DNA of 64,000 nt from a virus, in IMG/VR virus record IMGVR_UViG_3300025138_000014, positions 32,001 to 96,000 of that record. One strand, 5' to 3'. Below are positions 55,877 to 64,000 of this stretch, piece by piece; the first letter of the stretch is position 1, and each line of letters begins with the position of its first letter. The position numbers and the translations under genes were made by a program. The notes under the pieces are model-generated. The model saw nothing but the letters and a program-made list of their open reading frames with translations, was not told the DNA's origin and made no database searches.

Positions 55877-58372
55877 TTGTCTTTTTACACATCAGTTAAT
55901 CGTTACGGCAACTCTATCTTATATCGTGGATATAATGACTCTGGAGTTGCTACAGAAACAAAATATAAATTTACCCCTAAACTTTATATTCGATCTCAAG
56001 ATACAAATACAGAATACAAAGCCCTAGATGGTACACCTGTAAAAGAAGTCAACTTTCCTAAAATGGCAGAAGCAAAAGAGTTTTGTGAACAGTACAAAGA
56101 TATTAAAGATTTCAGCGTGTATGGTCAGACCAATTATATTCAACAGTTTATTACAGATAAGTTTCCCGGCAATATTATATTTAATCCTAAACAAGTTAAT
56201 GTTGTAAACTTTGACATAGAAGTCGCTTCCGATGAGGGTTTTCCTAGACCAGAAGAAGCATTGTTTCCAGTTATATCTATTGCTCTCAAGTCTAGCAAAT
56301 CTTCCATATATGAAGTGTGGGGCCTTGGTGATTACGATCACGAGAAAACAGAATTGAATATGAATGGCGATCTTATTCGTTATAGAAAGTTTGATAGTGA
56401 GCAAGCACTTCTTGCCAGCTTCCATAAATATTGGTGTGAGAATAGACCAGATATTGTAACTGGCTGGAACTGTAGATTTTTTGATATACCATATATTATT
56501 AATAGATTGTATCGTATTGGTTCTCCAGAAGCAGTCAAAAGATTGTCTCCCTGGAACTTAGTAAATGAACGCAATACCAAAATCATGGGTAAAGAACAGC
56601 AAGGATATGAAATTGTTGGTATTCAACAAGCAGACTATCTTGAGCTGTTTAAAAAGTTTGGTTACTCTTATGGAACCCAAGAGTCATATGCATTAAATCA
56701 TGTTGCATTTACTGTTCTTGGCGAGAAGAAATTATCATATGAAGAACATGGTAGTTTGCATACACTCTATGAAAAAGATCACCAAAAGTTTATTGATTAT
56801 AACATTAAAGATGTTCAACTTGTTCAACGCATTGACGATAAGATGGGTCTTATTGAACTGGTACAAACTATGGCTTATCGTGCTGGTGTTAATATATCAG
56901 ATACATTTGGTACTACGGCGATATGGGATTCAATCATATATCGTTCACTAAATAGTCAAAAGATTGTTATCATGCCTATCACAGAAAAACAGAAACTACC
57001 TTACCCTGGTGGTTATGTAAAAGATCCAAAAGTTGGCATGCACGAGTGGGTTGTATCCTTTGACCTTAACTCACTATATCCAAATCTTATTGTACAATAT
57101 AATATGTCTCCAGAAACAATCGTTGGTGGTTATCCCCTTGAGAATGGCGTAGAACATTATATGAACTGTGACAAAGTTGTTAGCGAATATGCTGTAGCAG
57201 CTAACGGTTCTCAATATAGAAAAGATAAGCAAGGCATTATCCCTAAAATTATTATTCAGTATTATTCAGAACGTAAAGAAGTCAAGAAGCGCATGTTAAA
57301 AGCGCAGAGTGATTATGAGAAGAATAAAACCACAGAACTTGAAAGAGAAATCAATACACTTCATAACCAACAGATGGCTATTAAGATTTTGTTAAACAGT
57401 CTTTATGGCGCACTCGGTAATCGGTTCTTTAGATATTTTGATATGAGAATGGCCGAAGGTATTACTCTATCTGGTCAACTTTCTATCCTGTGGGCTGAAC
57501 GTGCTATCAATGCAGAAATGAATAAAATTCTAAATACAACGGAGAAAGATTATGTTATTGCTATTGACACTGACTCAGTCTATATTAATTTTGGTCCTCT
57601 TATTGCTAAACTGGCGCCAGCGGACCCTGTTAAAGCACTGGACAAAATATGTAAGGAGCACTTCACTAAAATACTAGCTGACTCTTATGCTAAACTGTTT
57701 GATAATATGAATGGTTATGATAATAGAATGGTTATGGAGCGTGAAGCAATTGCTGATAAAGCTATCTGGACTGCAAAGAAAAGATATATTTTAAACGTGC
57801 ATAATAACGAAGGAGTCCAGTACAAAGAACCTAAACTCAAGATCATGGGTATTGAAGCTGTTAAATCTTCGACACCTCAGGTTGTTAGAGACAAGTTCAA
57901 AGAAATTTTTGATGTTCTAATTAACGGTACTGAAGTTACCACTCAGAAATACATAGCAGACTTCAGACGTGAATTCAATTCTCTACCTCCCGAAGCCGTA
58001 TCATTTCCAAGAGGTGTGACTAATGTTACAGATTGGATAGATAGAAAGACCATTTTCAAGAAAGGCTGTCCAATTCATGTTCGTGGTTCTATTCTATACA
58101 ATAATACGGTCAAAAGTAAAGCAGTGGACAAAAGATATGGTTTAATTCAGAATGGTGAGAAGATTAAGTTTGTTTATCTCAAGATGCCAAATCCAATAAA
58201 GCAAAATGTTATAGCATTTCCGCAATATCTGCCTACTGAATTAGCCCTGCATAAATACATTGACTACGATAAAATGTTTGAGAAAACTTTTATTGAACCT
58301 ATTAAACCTATTCTGGACGCAATCGGATGGACTGTTGAAGATCAGATGACGCTGGAAGACTTTTTTGGATAA
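55877..58372 (+). CDS. gp43: Family B DNA polymerase gp43
   Basis: FDIEV exonuclease motif; SFDLNSLYP; KILLNSLYGALGN; DTDS; KKRY. Confidence 0.97.
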   Translation: MSFYTSVNRYGNSILYRGYNDSGVATETKYKFTPKLYIRSQDTNTEYKALDGTPVKEVNFPKMAEAKEFCEQYKDIKDFSVYGQTNYIQQFITDKFPGNIIFNPKQVNVVNFDIEVASDEGFPRPEEALFPVISIALKSSKSSIYEVWGLGDYDHEKTELNMNGDLIRYRKFDSEQALLASFHKYWCENRPDIVTGWNCRFFDIPYIINRLYRIGSPEAVKRLSPWNLVNERNTKIMGKEQQGYEIVGIQQADYLELFKKFGYSYGTQESYALNHVAFTVLGEKKLSYEEHGSLHTLYEKDHQKFIDYNIKDVQLVQRIDDKMGLIELVQTMAYRAGVNISDTFGTTAIWDSIIYRSLNSQKIVIMPITEKQKLPYPGGYVKDPKVGMHEWVVSFDLNSLYPNLIVQYNMSPETIVGGYPLENGVEHYMNCDKVVSEYAVAANGSQYRKDKQGIIPKIIIQYYSERKEVKKRMLKAQSDYEKNKTTELEREINTLHNQQMAIKILLNSLYGALGNRFFRYFDMRMAEGITLSGQLSILWAERAINAEMNKILNTTEKDYVIAIDTDSVYINFGPLIAKLAPADPVKALDKICKEHFTKILADSYAKLFDNMNGYDNRMVMEREAIADKAIWTAKKRYILNVHNNEGVQYKEPKLKIMGIEAVKSSTPQVVRDKFKEIFDVLINGTEVTTQKYIADFRREFNSLPPEAVSFPRGVTNVTDWIDRKTIFKKGCPIHVRGSILYNNTVKSKAVDKRYGLIQNGEKIKFVYLKMPNPIKQNVIAFPQYLPTELALHKYIDYDKMFEKTFIEPIKPILDAIGWTVEDQMTLEDFFG

Positions 58373-58380
58373 GGAAATAA

Positions 58381-59088
58381 ATGAAACATTATATTTTTGA
58401 TATTGACGGAACTTTAACTCCAAGCCGTGGCAGAATTGATCCAGAGTTTGAAACATTTTTTAAAAGTTTTATCAATAAGAATAAAGTGTCTTTAGTTACT
58501 GGGTCAGATAGACCAAAAACTTTAGAACAAATTGGTATTGAAATCTCTGATAGTGTTGATACAATGTATCAATGCTCTGGTAATCACATTTGGAAAAAAG
58601 GTAAAGAGGTATCAAGAATAGATTGGCGCTTACCACATAAAGTGGTTCAATGGCTTTTAATAACTCTTGAGAATAGCAGCTATTCAAAAAGAACCGGTGA
58701 TCATCTTGAAGAAAGAGTTGGTCTTGCCAATTTCTCCATAGTGGGAAGAAAAGCAGATGCACGTCAAAGAAAAGCATATGTAAAATATGATACTAACGTG
58801 GGGGAACGTAAGCTAATTGCTTACAGATTTAATGAAAAATTTGGTAAAAAACTTAAAGCACAGGTTGCTGGAGAAACTGGTATAGATATTATCCCACTTG
58901 GTTGTGATAAGTCTCAAATATTAAAACAGATACCACTTGATGATACAATAATCTTTTTTGGGGATAAGACTGAACTAGGTGGCAATGACTATGAAATTGC
59001 ACAAGCTGTGGATAAAAGATTAAACGGACACTTCCATACAGTCACTGAATGGAAACATACATATAGTATATTGAAAGAGGAAATATAA
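58381..59088 (+). CDS. HAD IIB phosphomannomutase-like protein (eukaryotic PMM type)
   Basis: FDIDGTLTPSR; VTGSD; R.G..NFS.VGR; FFGDKT..GGNDYEI. Confidence 0.8.
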   Translation: MKHYIFDIDGTLTPSRGRIDPEFETFFKSFINKNKVSLVTGSDRPKTLEQIGIEISDSVDTMYQCSGNHIWKKGKEVSRIDWRLPHKVVQWLLITLENSSYSKRTGDHLEERVGLANFSIVGRKADARQRKAYVKYDTNVGERKLIAYRFNEKFGKKLKAQVAGETGIDIIPLGCDKSQILKQIPLDDTIIFFGDKTELGGNDYEIAQAVDKRLNGHFHTVTEWKHTYSILKEEI

Positions 59089-59396
59089 TGAACGAAGTAG
59101 CACATTACGAAGAACTTATTGCACAGTGGCACCATGACCGCAATCTAATTAACGGAAGTACCGATAAAGATCAATATATGAAGTTGATTCAAGAAGCAGG
59201 TGAGTTGTCTGATAACATCTGCAAGGGCAGAGATATTCGTGACGACATTGGTGATATGATGGTAGTATTAATTAATATTGCAGAGCGTAATAAATTAACT
59301 CTTGCAGAATGTCTTAAAGTAGCATATGATGATATTAAAGACCGAAAGGGTAAAATGATTGACGGAGTATTTGTCAAAGAAAGTGATTTACAATAG
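59088..59396 (+). CDS. MazG-like nucleotide pyrophosphohydrolase
   Basis: KL..E.GEL...DDIGD..VVL...CL..AY..IKDRKG...DG.FVKE. Confidence 0.8.
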   Translation: MNEVAHYEELIAQWHHDRNLINGSTDKDQYMKLIQEAGELSDNICKGRDIRDDIGDMMVVLINIAERNKLTLAECLKVAYDDIKDRKGKMIDGVFVKESDLQ

Positions 59397-59415
59397 TGTT
59401 GGATTATGTTATAAT
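59387..59415 (+). promoter_or_regulatory. Sigma70-type promoter
   Basis: TTTACA-N17-TATAAT. Confidence 0.8.
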
Positions 59416-59434
59416 AAGACAATAAGGAGAATAC

Positions 59435-60376
59435 ATGACTGATTACACTCAACCAAAATATCCAATTTATATTATTTCTAAAGGACGTGCAGACTCTAGG
59501 TTCACATCTAAAACTTTAGATGAACTTAATGTACCATATCGTATTGTTATTGAGCAATCTGAATACAAAGATTATAATAAGAATATTCCAGCAGAGAAAA
59601 TTTTGGTATTACCTGAAGGGTTTCGTGAAAATCCAAATTATGCTTTTCCAGATGCAGCTGGTCGGATGGGTGGTTCTATTCCAGCCAGAAACTTTGTATG
59701 GGAACACTCCATATCTGAAGGTCACAAGCGGCATTGGATTATGGATGATAACATTAGGCACTTTTATAGAGTGCATCAAAATCTAAAAACAATTGTTACA
59801 TCTGGTAATACTATTAGAGCATGTGAAGATTTCACAGATCGTTTTAAAGATGTAGCAATGTCTGGTATGAACTATCAGTATTTTGTTCCAGCTTCCCAAG
59901 CTAAAAAAGCATACACATTAAACACTAGAGTGTATTCTTGTATTCTACTCCGCAATGATATTAAACATCGTTGGCGTGGTAGATATAATGAAGATACTGA
60001 TTTGAGCATAAATATTTTAAAAGACAATCATAATACAATTTTATTTAATGCATTTGTTTGTGGAAAAATGACTACTCTTACAATGGGTGGCGGTAATACC
60101 GATAATGTTTATATTGATCAAGACAATAGACGGACCTTTGCTGAAGCACTAAAAGAACAGCATCCCGATATTGTAGAAATAGTTTATAGGTACCGACGTT
60201 GGCACCATCACGTTGATTACTCTGGTTTTAAAAAGAATAAACTTGAGTTACGTGATGACTATGTTAAGAAAACTGGTATAAATGAATATGGAATGAAGAT
60301 GGTTAAATTAACCGAAGCACAGCACGAGTTGCATAAAGCGACCTTCGGCAATACGGAGAATAGATATTATGACTAA
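59435..60376 (+). CDS. GT-A glycosyltransferase, TET-associated (TAGT)/GREB1-like
   Basis: YPIYIISKGR; ARNF.WEHS; WIMDDNI; YNEDTDL; GGNT. Confidence 0.7.
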   Translation: MTDYTQPKYPIYIISKGRADSRFTSKTLDELNVPYRIVIEQSEYKDYNKNIPAEKILVLPEGFRENPNYAFPDAAGRMGGSIPARNFVWEHSISEGHKRHWIMDDNIRHFYRVHQNLKTIVTSGNTIRACEDFTDRFKDVAMSGMNYQYFVPASQAKKAYTLNTRVYSCILLRNDIKHRWRGRYNEDTDLSINILKDNHNTILFNAFVCGKMTTLTMGGGNTDNVYIDQDNRRTFAEALKEQHPDIVEIVYRYRRWHHHVDYSGFKKNKLELRDDYVKKTGINEYGMKMVKLTEAQHELHKATFGNTENRYYD

Positions 60377-60644
60377 AAAGAGTAAAGCATCAAGCTTGTT
60401 TGTACTTGATGGAACCGAGGAAGATTACGCACAAAACTACTGGGAAGATATGCCAGAGTTTGAGCAGAATGATTTAGATATTTATGGATCAATGAATATT
60501 GCTTTTCGTACAGAAGAGGACTTCAGAGCATTTGTTCAACTTATTGAACAGCCGAGTGTATCTATTAAATCACGTGGAGTTTACTACCCAGTTAGAGCAA
60601 AGAGTGAGAACACATTGCTCCGTTGGATGCCTGATGAAGAATAA
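60369..60644 (+). CDS. Hypothetical protein coupled to the glycosyltransferase
   Basis: W.DMPEF.Q...F..EED...F..LI.Q. Confidence 0.65.
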   Translation: MTKKSKASSLFVLDGTEEDYAQNYWEDMPEFEQNDLDIYGSMNIAFRTEEDFRAFVQLIEQPSVSIKSRGVYYPVRAKSENTLLRWMPDEE

Positions 60645-60646
60645 AC

Positions 60647-60675
60647 TTTACAGAAACCTTTAAATGTGATATAAT
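60647..60675 (+). promoter_or_regulatory. Sigma70-type promoter
   Basis: TTTACA-N17-TATAAT. Confidence 0.8.
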
Positions 60676-60681
60676 TATATT

Positions 60682-61602
60682 ATGATAGACATTACAATAT
60701 TTAAAAATCAATTCGACAATAAGACTCATCGTAAGATGAGCTTTGCCGATAAAGATCAGTTTCTTGGATTTCTATCACAGTTATCAAAGAAACCCTTGGA
60801 GGGTAAAAGAAATGCGCAACTTATTAGTCCGGCTGTATATGTCGATGGTTCTACTAGAGCCAACAAAAATGTTTCTCATTGGGCAGGTTGGTGTGCTGTT
60901 GATGTTGACGATTATGTCTTTGAAGGAAAACTGAAGGAAGTTTTAGATGAAAAACTCTCATGGGGGTATATTTGCTACAGTACTGCTAGCAGCACGATTG
61001 AACAACCAAAATTTAGATTGGTTTTCCAAATCAAAGGAAACGTCCCCGCTGAAAGAATTAGACACTTCTGGTTTGCGCTCAACCAAGAACTTGAAGGAAT
61101 GGGAGATAAACAGACTAAGGATCTCAGCCGAATGTACTTCATACCGGCCGAGTACAAAGATGCGAATAATTTCTTTTTCAGTAATCCTGGCGTGTCTATT
61201 GATCCCTATGAGTTAATGTCTCGGCATGAGTATAATGAAAAGAAAAACTCAAATAACTTTTTGGATAGACTACCAGAAAGTTTACAAGAACAAGTAATTG
61301 CTTATAGACAAACTCAATTAACTAATACCGATATCACTTGGACTTCTTATCTTGATTGCCCATTCTGGCCAAAACACTTAGCAACAGAATATATGATGAT
61401 TGCTGGAGAAGGTTGGTATCGTAAGATGTATGCAATTATGGTTAGAGTAGCAGCTACTGCTATCTATAGAGAGTATCCAATTACTGCTGATGAAATTGCT
61501 ACACTATGTAAACAATTTGATATGGCTAACGGTAACTGGTATGAAAACCGACCAATGAGAACTGAAGCAGATCGTGCTTTAGAATATGTACACAGAAATT
61601 AA
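60682..61602 (+). CDS. Putative primase-polymerase (AEP/VirE-N)-like protein
   Basis: AVDVDD acidic motif; YSTASS...PKFRLV; KDLSRMYF.P. Confidence 0.5.
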   Translation: MIDITIFKNQFDNKTHRKMSFADKDQFLGFLSQLSKKPLEGKRNAQLISPAVYVDGSTRANKNVSHWAGWCAVDVDDYVFEGKLKEVLDEKLSWGYICYSTASSTIEQPKFRLVFQIKGNVPAERIRHFWFALNQELEGMGDKQTKDLSRMYFIPAEYKDANNFFFSNPGVSIDPYELMSRHEYNEKKNSNNFLDRLPESLQEQVIAYRQTQLTNTDITWTSYLDCPFWPKHLATEYMMIAGEGWYRKMYAIMVRVAATAIYREYPITADEIATLCKQFDMANGNWYENRPMRTEADRALEYVHRN

Positions 61603-61605
61603 TGA

Positions 61606-61634
61606 TTTACAATAACCGAAAAATGTGATATACT
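61606..61634 (+). promoter_or_regulatory. Sigma70-type promoter
   Basis: TTTACA-N17-TATACT. Confidence 0.75.
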
Positions 61635-61679
61635 TACAGAATATTATTCACTAAATTTATATTATGGAGATTACAGAAT

Positions 61680-62186
61680 ATGGAGACTATTGCTCAACGT
61701 ATGCGCAAAGTTGGTACTTACCTCGGATACTTTGATATCCAACCCTATGAGAATGTGAATGAAGATAGTCCTAATTTTGGTGTATCTTACGACAGACTTA
61801 TTTTCCACGCAGTACTTAAACGGCGAGAGTTTATCGCCTTTGGTGATCTAGTGTATTTTATGTACATTAACAATGATCTAGTCAAAGTCGGTAAAGCCGA
61901 AGGTGCTATTGGCTGGGCTGGTAGAATGAACACTTACAGAAAAGATCCTGCTGACGATGCTACCAATAAAAAAATTATGGATATTATGAAAGAGGACTAT
62001 AGTGTTGTAGAACCCATTTATGTGTATGCTATTTCAGTTCCAAGAGTTTCTTCAGATTACTATTGCAACTTAACAGATTCTGCAGTATGTGTATCAATAC
62101 CACGTGCAGGTAAAGTTGAGACATATCTCACTGAATGTGTAGAGGCTCAAGGTGAACAATTAATCTTTTGCAATCAAAAAACCTAA
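61680..62186 (+). CDS. GIY-YIG-like protein
   Basis: LVYFM...LVKVG.A...R...Y and a distal E...N. Confidence 0.45.
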   Translation: METIAQRMRKVGTYLGYFDIQPYENVNEDSPNFGVSYDRLIFHAVLKRREFIAFGDLVYFMYINNDLVKVGKAEGAIGWAGRMNTYRKDPADDATNKKIMDIMKEDYSVVEPIYVYAISVPRVSSDYYCNLTDSAVCVSIPRAGKVETYLTECVEAQGEQLIFCNQKT

Positions 62187-62226
62187 TCATATATATAATG
62201 TATAAACAAAATTTGAAGGATATAAC

Positions 62227-63063
62227 ATGAAGAACAAAGTTGCCATTCTCGGTCACGGGTATGTAGGTAAAGCAGTAGAGTACGGCTTTTCAAATAAAAA
62301 GAATAAAATCCAATTAATTGATCCACATCTTTATGATAACTGTGTTGAAGATATTGAAGATCCAACTGTATCATTTGTATGTGTACCTACACCGATGAGT
62401 AGTGATGGCAATATTGATTCTAGTATCGTCGAAGAAGTAACCGAACAATTGATGATTCGTACTTCTGGTTTAATTGTTATCAAGTCTACAGTAATACCAT
62501 CAGTAGTGAAAAGATTAAGCGATAAAAATCATAGAGTAATTTATAACCCAGAATTTTTAACTGAAAGAAATGCTCTTATTGATTTTGTTAATCCTCCAAT
62601 GCACGTATTTGGCGGACACGAAAATGAGACAGAGCAGCTACATAAATTCTATACAACTAATAGCCGTTGTAAACCTGCTCCAATTTTTAAGATGAGTGCT
62701 GCAGAAGCAGCTTTTGTAAAATACGGAATTAATAGTTTCCTTGCAACAAAGGTACTATGGTTCAATCAATATAAGGATATGATAGATGACTTTGGAGCTG
62801 ATTTTGATAACATTTCTAGCGCTATCGGTTCTGATCCCAGAATTGGCCAATCTCACACTCAAGTTCCTGGCCCTGACGGTCGTGCTGGGTTTGGCGGCGC
62901 TTGTTTCCCCAAGGATACATCAGCTCTTATCGGATTTGATCACGGTAATATCCTCAGCGTTCTAAAATTAGTCGTGCAGGAAAACAGTGTTTATCGTAAC
63001 CAGTATGAGTTAGATAGCCGAGAAAAAGAACAGAATGTTGTTTACATTGAGTCAAATGTATAG
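62227..63063 (+). CDS. UDP-glucose/GDP-mannose dehydrogenase family protein (short form)
   Basis: GHGYVG; CVPTP; IKSTV.P; NPEFL.E; GFGGACFPKD. Confidence 0.88.
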   Translation: MKNKVAILGHGYVGKAVEYGFSNKKNKIQLIDPHLYDNCVEDIEDPTVSFVCVPTPMSSDGNIDSSIVEEVTEQLMIRTSGLIVIKSTVIPSVVKRLSDKNHRVIYNPEFLTERNALIDFVNPPMHVFGGHENETEQLHKFYTTNSRCKPAPIFKMSAAEAAFVKYGINSFLATKVLWFNQYKDMIDDFGADFDNISSAIGSDPRIGQSHTQVPGPDGRAGFGGACFPKDTSALIGFDHGNILSVLKLVVQENSVYRNQYELDSREKEQNVVYIESNV

Positions 63064-63069
63064 TATAAT
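63041..63069 (+). promoter_or_regulatory. Sigma70-type promoter
   Basis: TTTACA-N17-TATAAT. Confidence 0.8.
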
Positions 63070-63092
63070 AGACAGATTATAAGGAAGTTAAA

Positions 63093-64000
63093 ATGAAAAA
63101 ACATATAATGGTAACAGGTGGTGCAGGCTTTATTGCTTACCATCTAATACAAAAACTTATTAAAGATGGCTATGAAGTATCTGCATTCGACAACTACAAT
63201 GATTATTATGATCCAAAGTTGAAACATAAACGTGCAGAGGAATTAATGTCTCTTGTTAATGTAGATGTACTTAATTGTGATCTAAAACAAGAAGAGGATC
63301 TGACTGATCTAGTTAGTGCTTACAAACCAGATGCTATTATCCATTTAGCTGCTTATGCTGGCGTAAGACATTCTTTGAGTGAACCACAAACATACATTGA
63401 TAATAATATTACTGGAACACAAAATCTTATTAATGCTTGTGAAAAAGCAGATGTTCAGCATGTAGTGTATGCTTCAACTTCTTGTACTATGGCGGGTAAT
63501 GAATTACCGTGGAATGAAGATGAGAAAACTGGTTATCAATTGAACCCATATGGCTATTCTAAATCAGCTAATGAAAACCAGATGATGTCCAGTAAAATTA
63601 AATTTACAACTGGTCTTCGGTTCTTTACTGTTTACGGACCATGGGGTCGCCCAGATATGGCTCTATTTGACTTTACTAAAGATATTATTGCAGGTACACC
63701 AATCAAGCTATTTAACTATGGCGACATGGTTCGTGATTTTACTTATGTAGATGATATTGTACAAGGCGTTGGCTTAGTTCTAAAAGATAGTTTTGATCGT
63801 GATAGTGAAGATACATTCGGCGAGATATATAATATTGGTTACGGAGACCAAGTTAAGTTATTTGATTTTGTAACTGAGATTGAAGCTAATCTTGGTCGTG
63901 TAGCACAACGCGAGTTAGTTAAAATGCATCCAGCCGATACACGTGAAACTTGGTCCGATACAACTAAAATTCGGAAGCTAGGTTACAATCCTACTACATC
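63093..64000 (+). CDS. NAD-dependent epimerase, UDP-glucuronate 4-epimerase-like (3'-truncated; not in the ORF track)
   Basis: MKKHIMVTGGAGFI; HLAA.AGVR.S; YGYSK; RFFTVYGPWGRPDMA; RDFTYVDDIV. Confidence 0.88.
   Translation, partial: MKKHIMVTGGAGFIAYHLIQKLIKDGYEVSAFDNYNDYYDPKLKHKRAEELMSLVNVDVLNCDLKQEEDLTDLVSAYKPDAIIHLAAYAGVRHSLSEPQTYIDNNITGTQNLINACEKADVQHVVYASTSCTMAGNELPWNEDEKTGYQLNPYGYSKSANENQMMSSKIKFTTGLRFFTVYGPWGRPDMALFDFTKDIIAGTPIKLFNYGDMVRDFTYVDDIVQGVGLVLKDSFDRDSEDTFGEIYNIGYGDQVKLFDFVTEIEANLGRVAQRELVKMHPADTRETWSDTTKIRKLGYNPTT

Noticed and set aside
33624-58372. Introns or inteins in gp17, gp20, gp23, uvsW or gp43; tRNA genes; stop-codon recoding
   Set aside because: The ORFs are continuous and of normal length under the standard code; no tRNA-like cloverleaf was seen in the short intergenic gaps.
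146-62374. Many short alternative-frame and antisense ORFs in the track (e.g. 6903-7307, 15296-15609, 32637-33137, 41830-42294, 49192-49683)
   Set aside because: They are shadows of well-supported genes, with no RBS or motif support.

Overview
AT-rich 64-kb segment of a T4-like myovirus, probably marine. The atpE, DUF1127 and ROSE-type hsp20 genes suggest an alphaproteobacterial host, probably Rhodobacteraceae. The right half (30.8-64 kb) is the T4 core: gp13-gp23, gp3, uvsY, uvsW, gp55, gp47/46, gp45/44/62, regA and gp43. It carries several inserts: an early host-takeover cassette, guaC/glutaredoxin, hsp20-DUF1127-atpE, and a nucleotide-sugar/glycosyltransferase block. The left half (1-30.8 kb) is unusual. 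A tail-fibre gene block sits inside a protein-modification island with 11 radical SAM genes (one B12-type, the rest with SPASM-type or partial SPASM cysteine motifs, five forming a divergent paralog family), four 2OG-Fe(II)/cupin oxygenases, and a three-domain collagen lysyl-hydroxylase/glycosyltransferase-like enzyme. Two tandem 128-aa paralogs ending in CHxS-CHTS-CHTS-RGRR are translationally coupled between the last tail fibre gene and the first radical SAM gene. They are the best candidates for substrates of a phage-encoded, late-expressed RiPP-like or virion-maturation system. All calls come from reading motifs by eye; no database searches were run.
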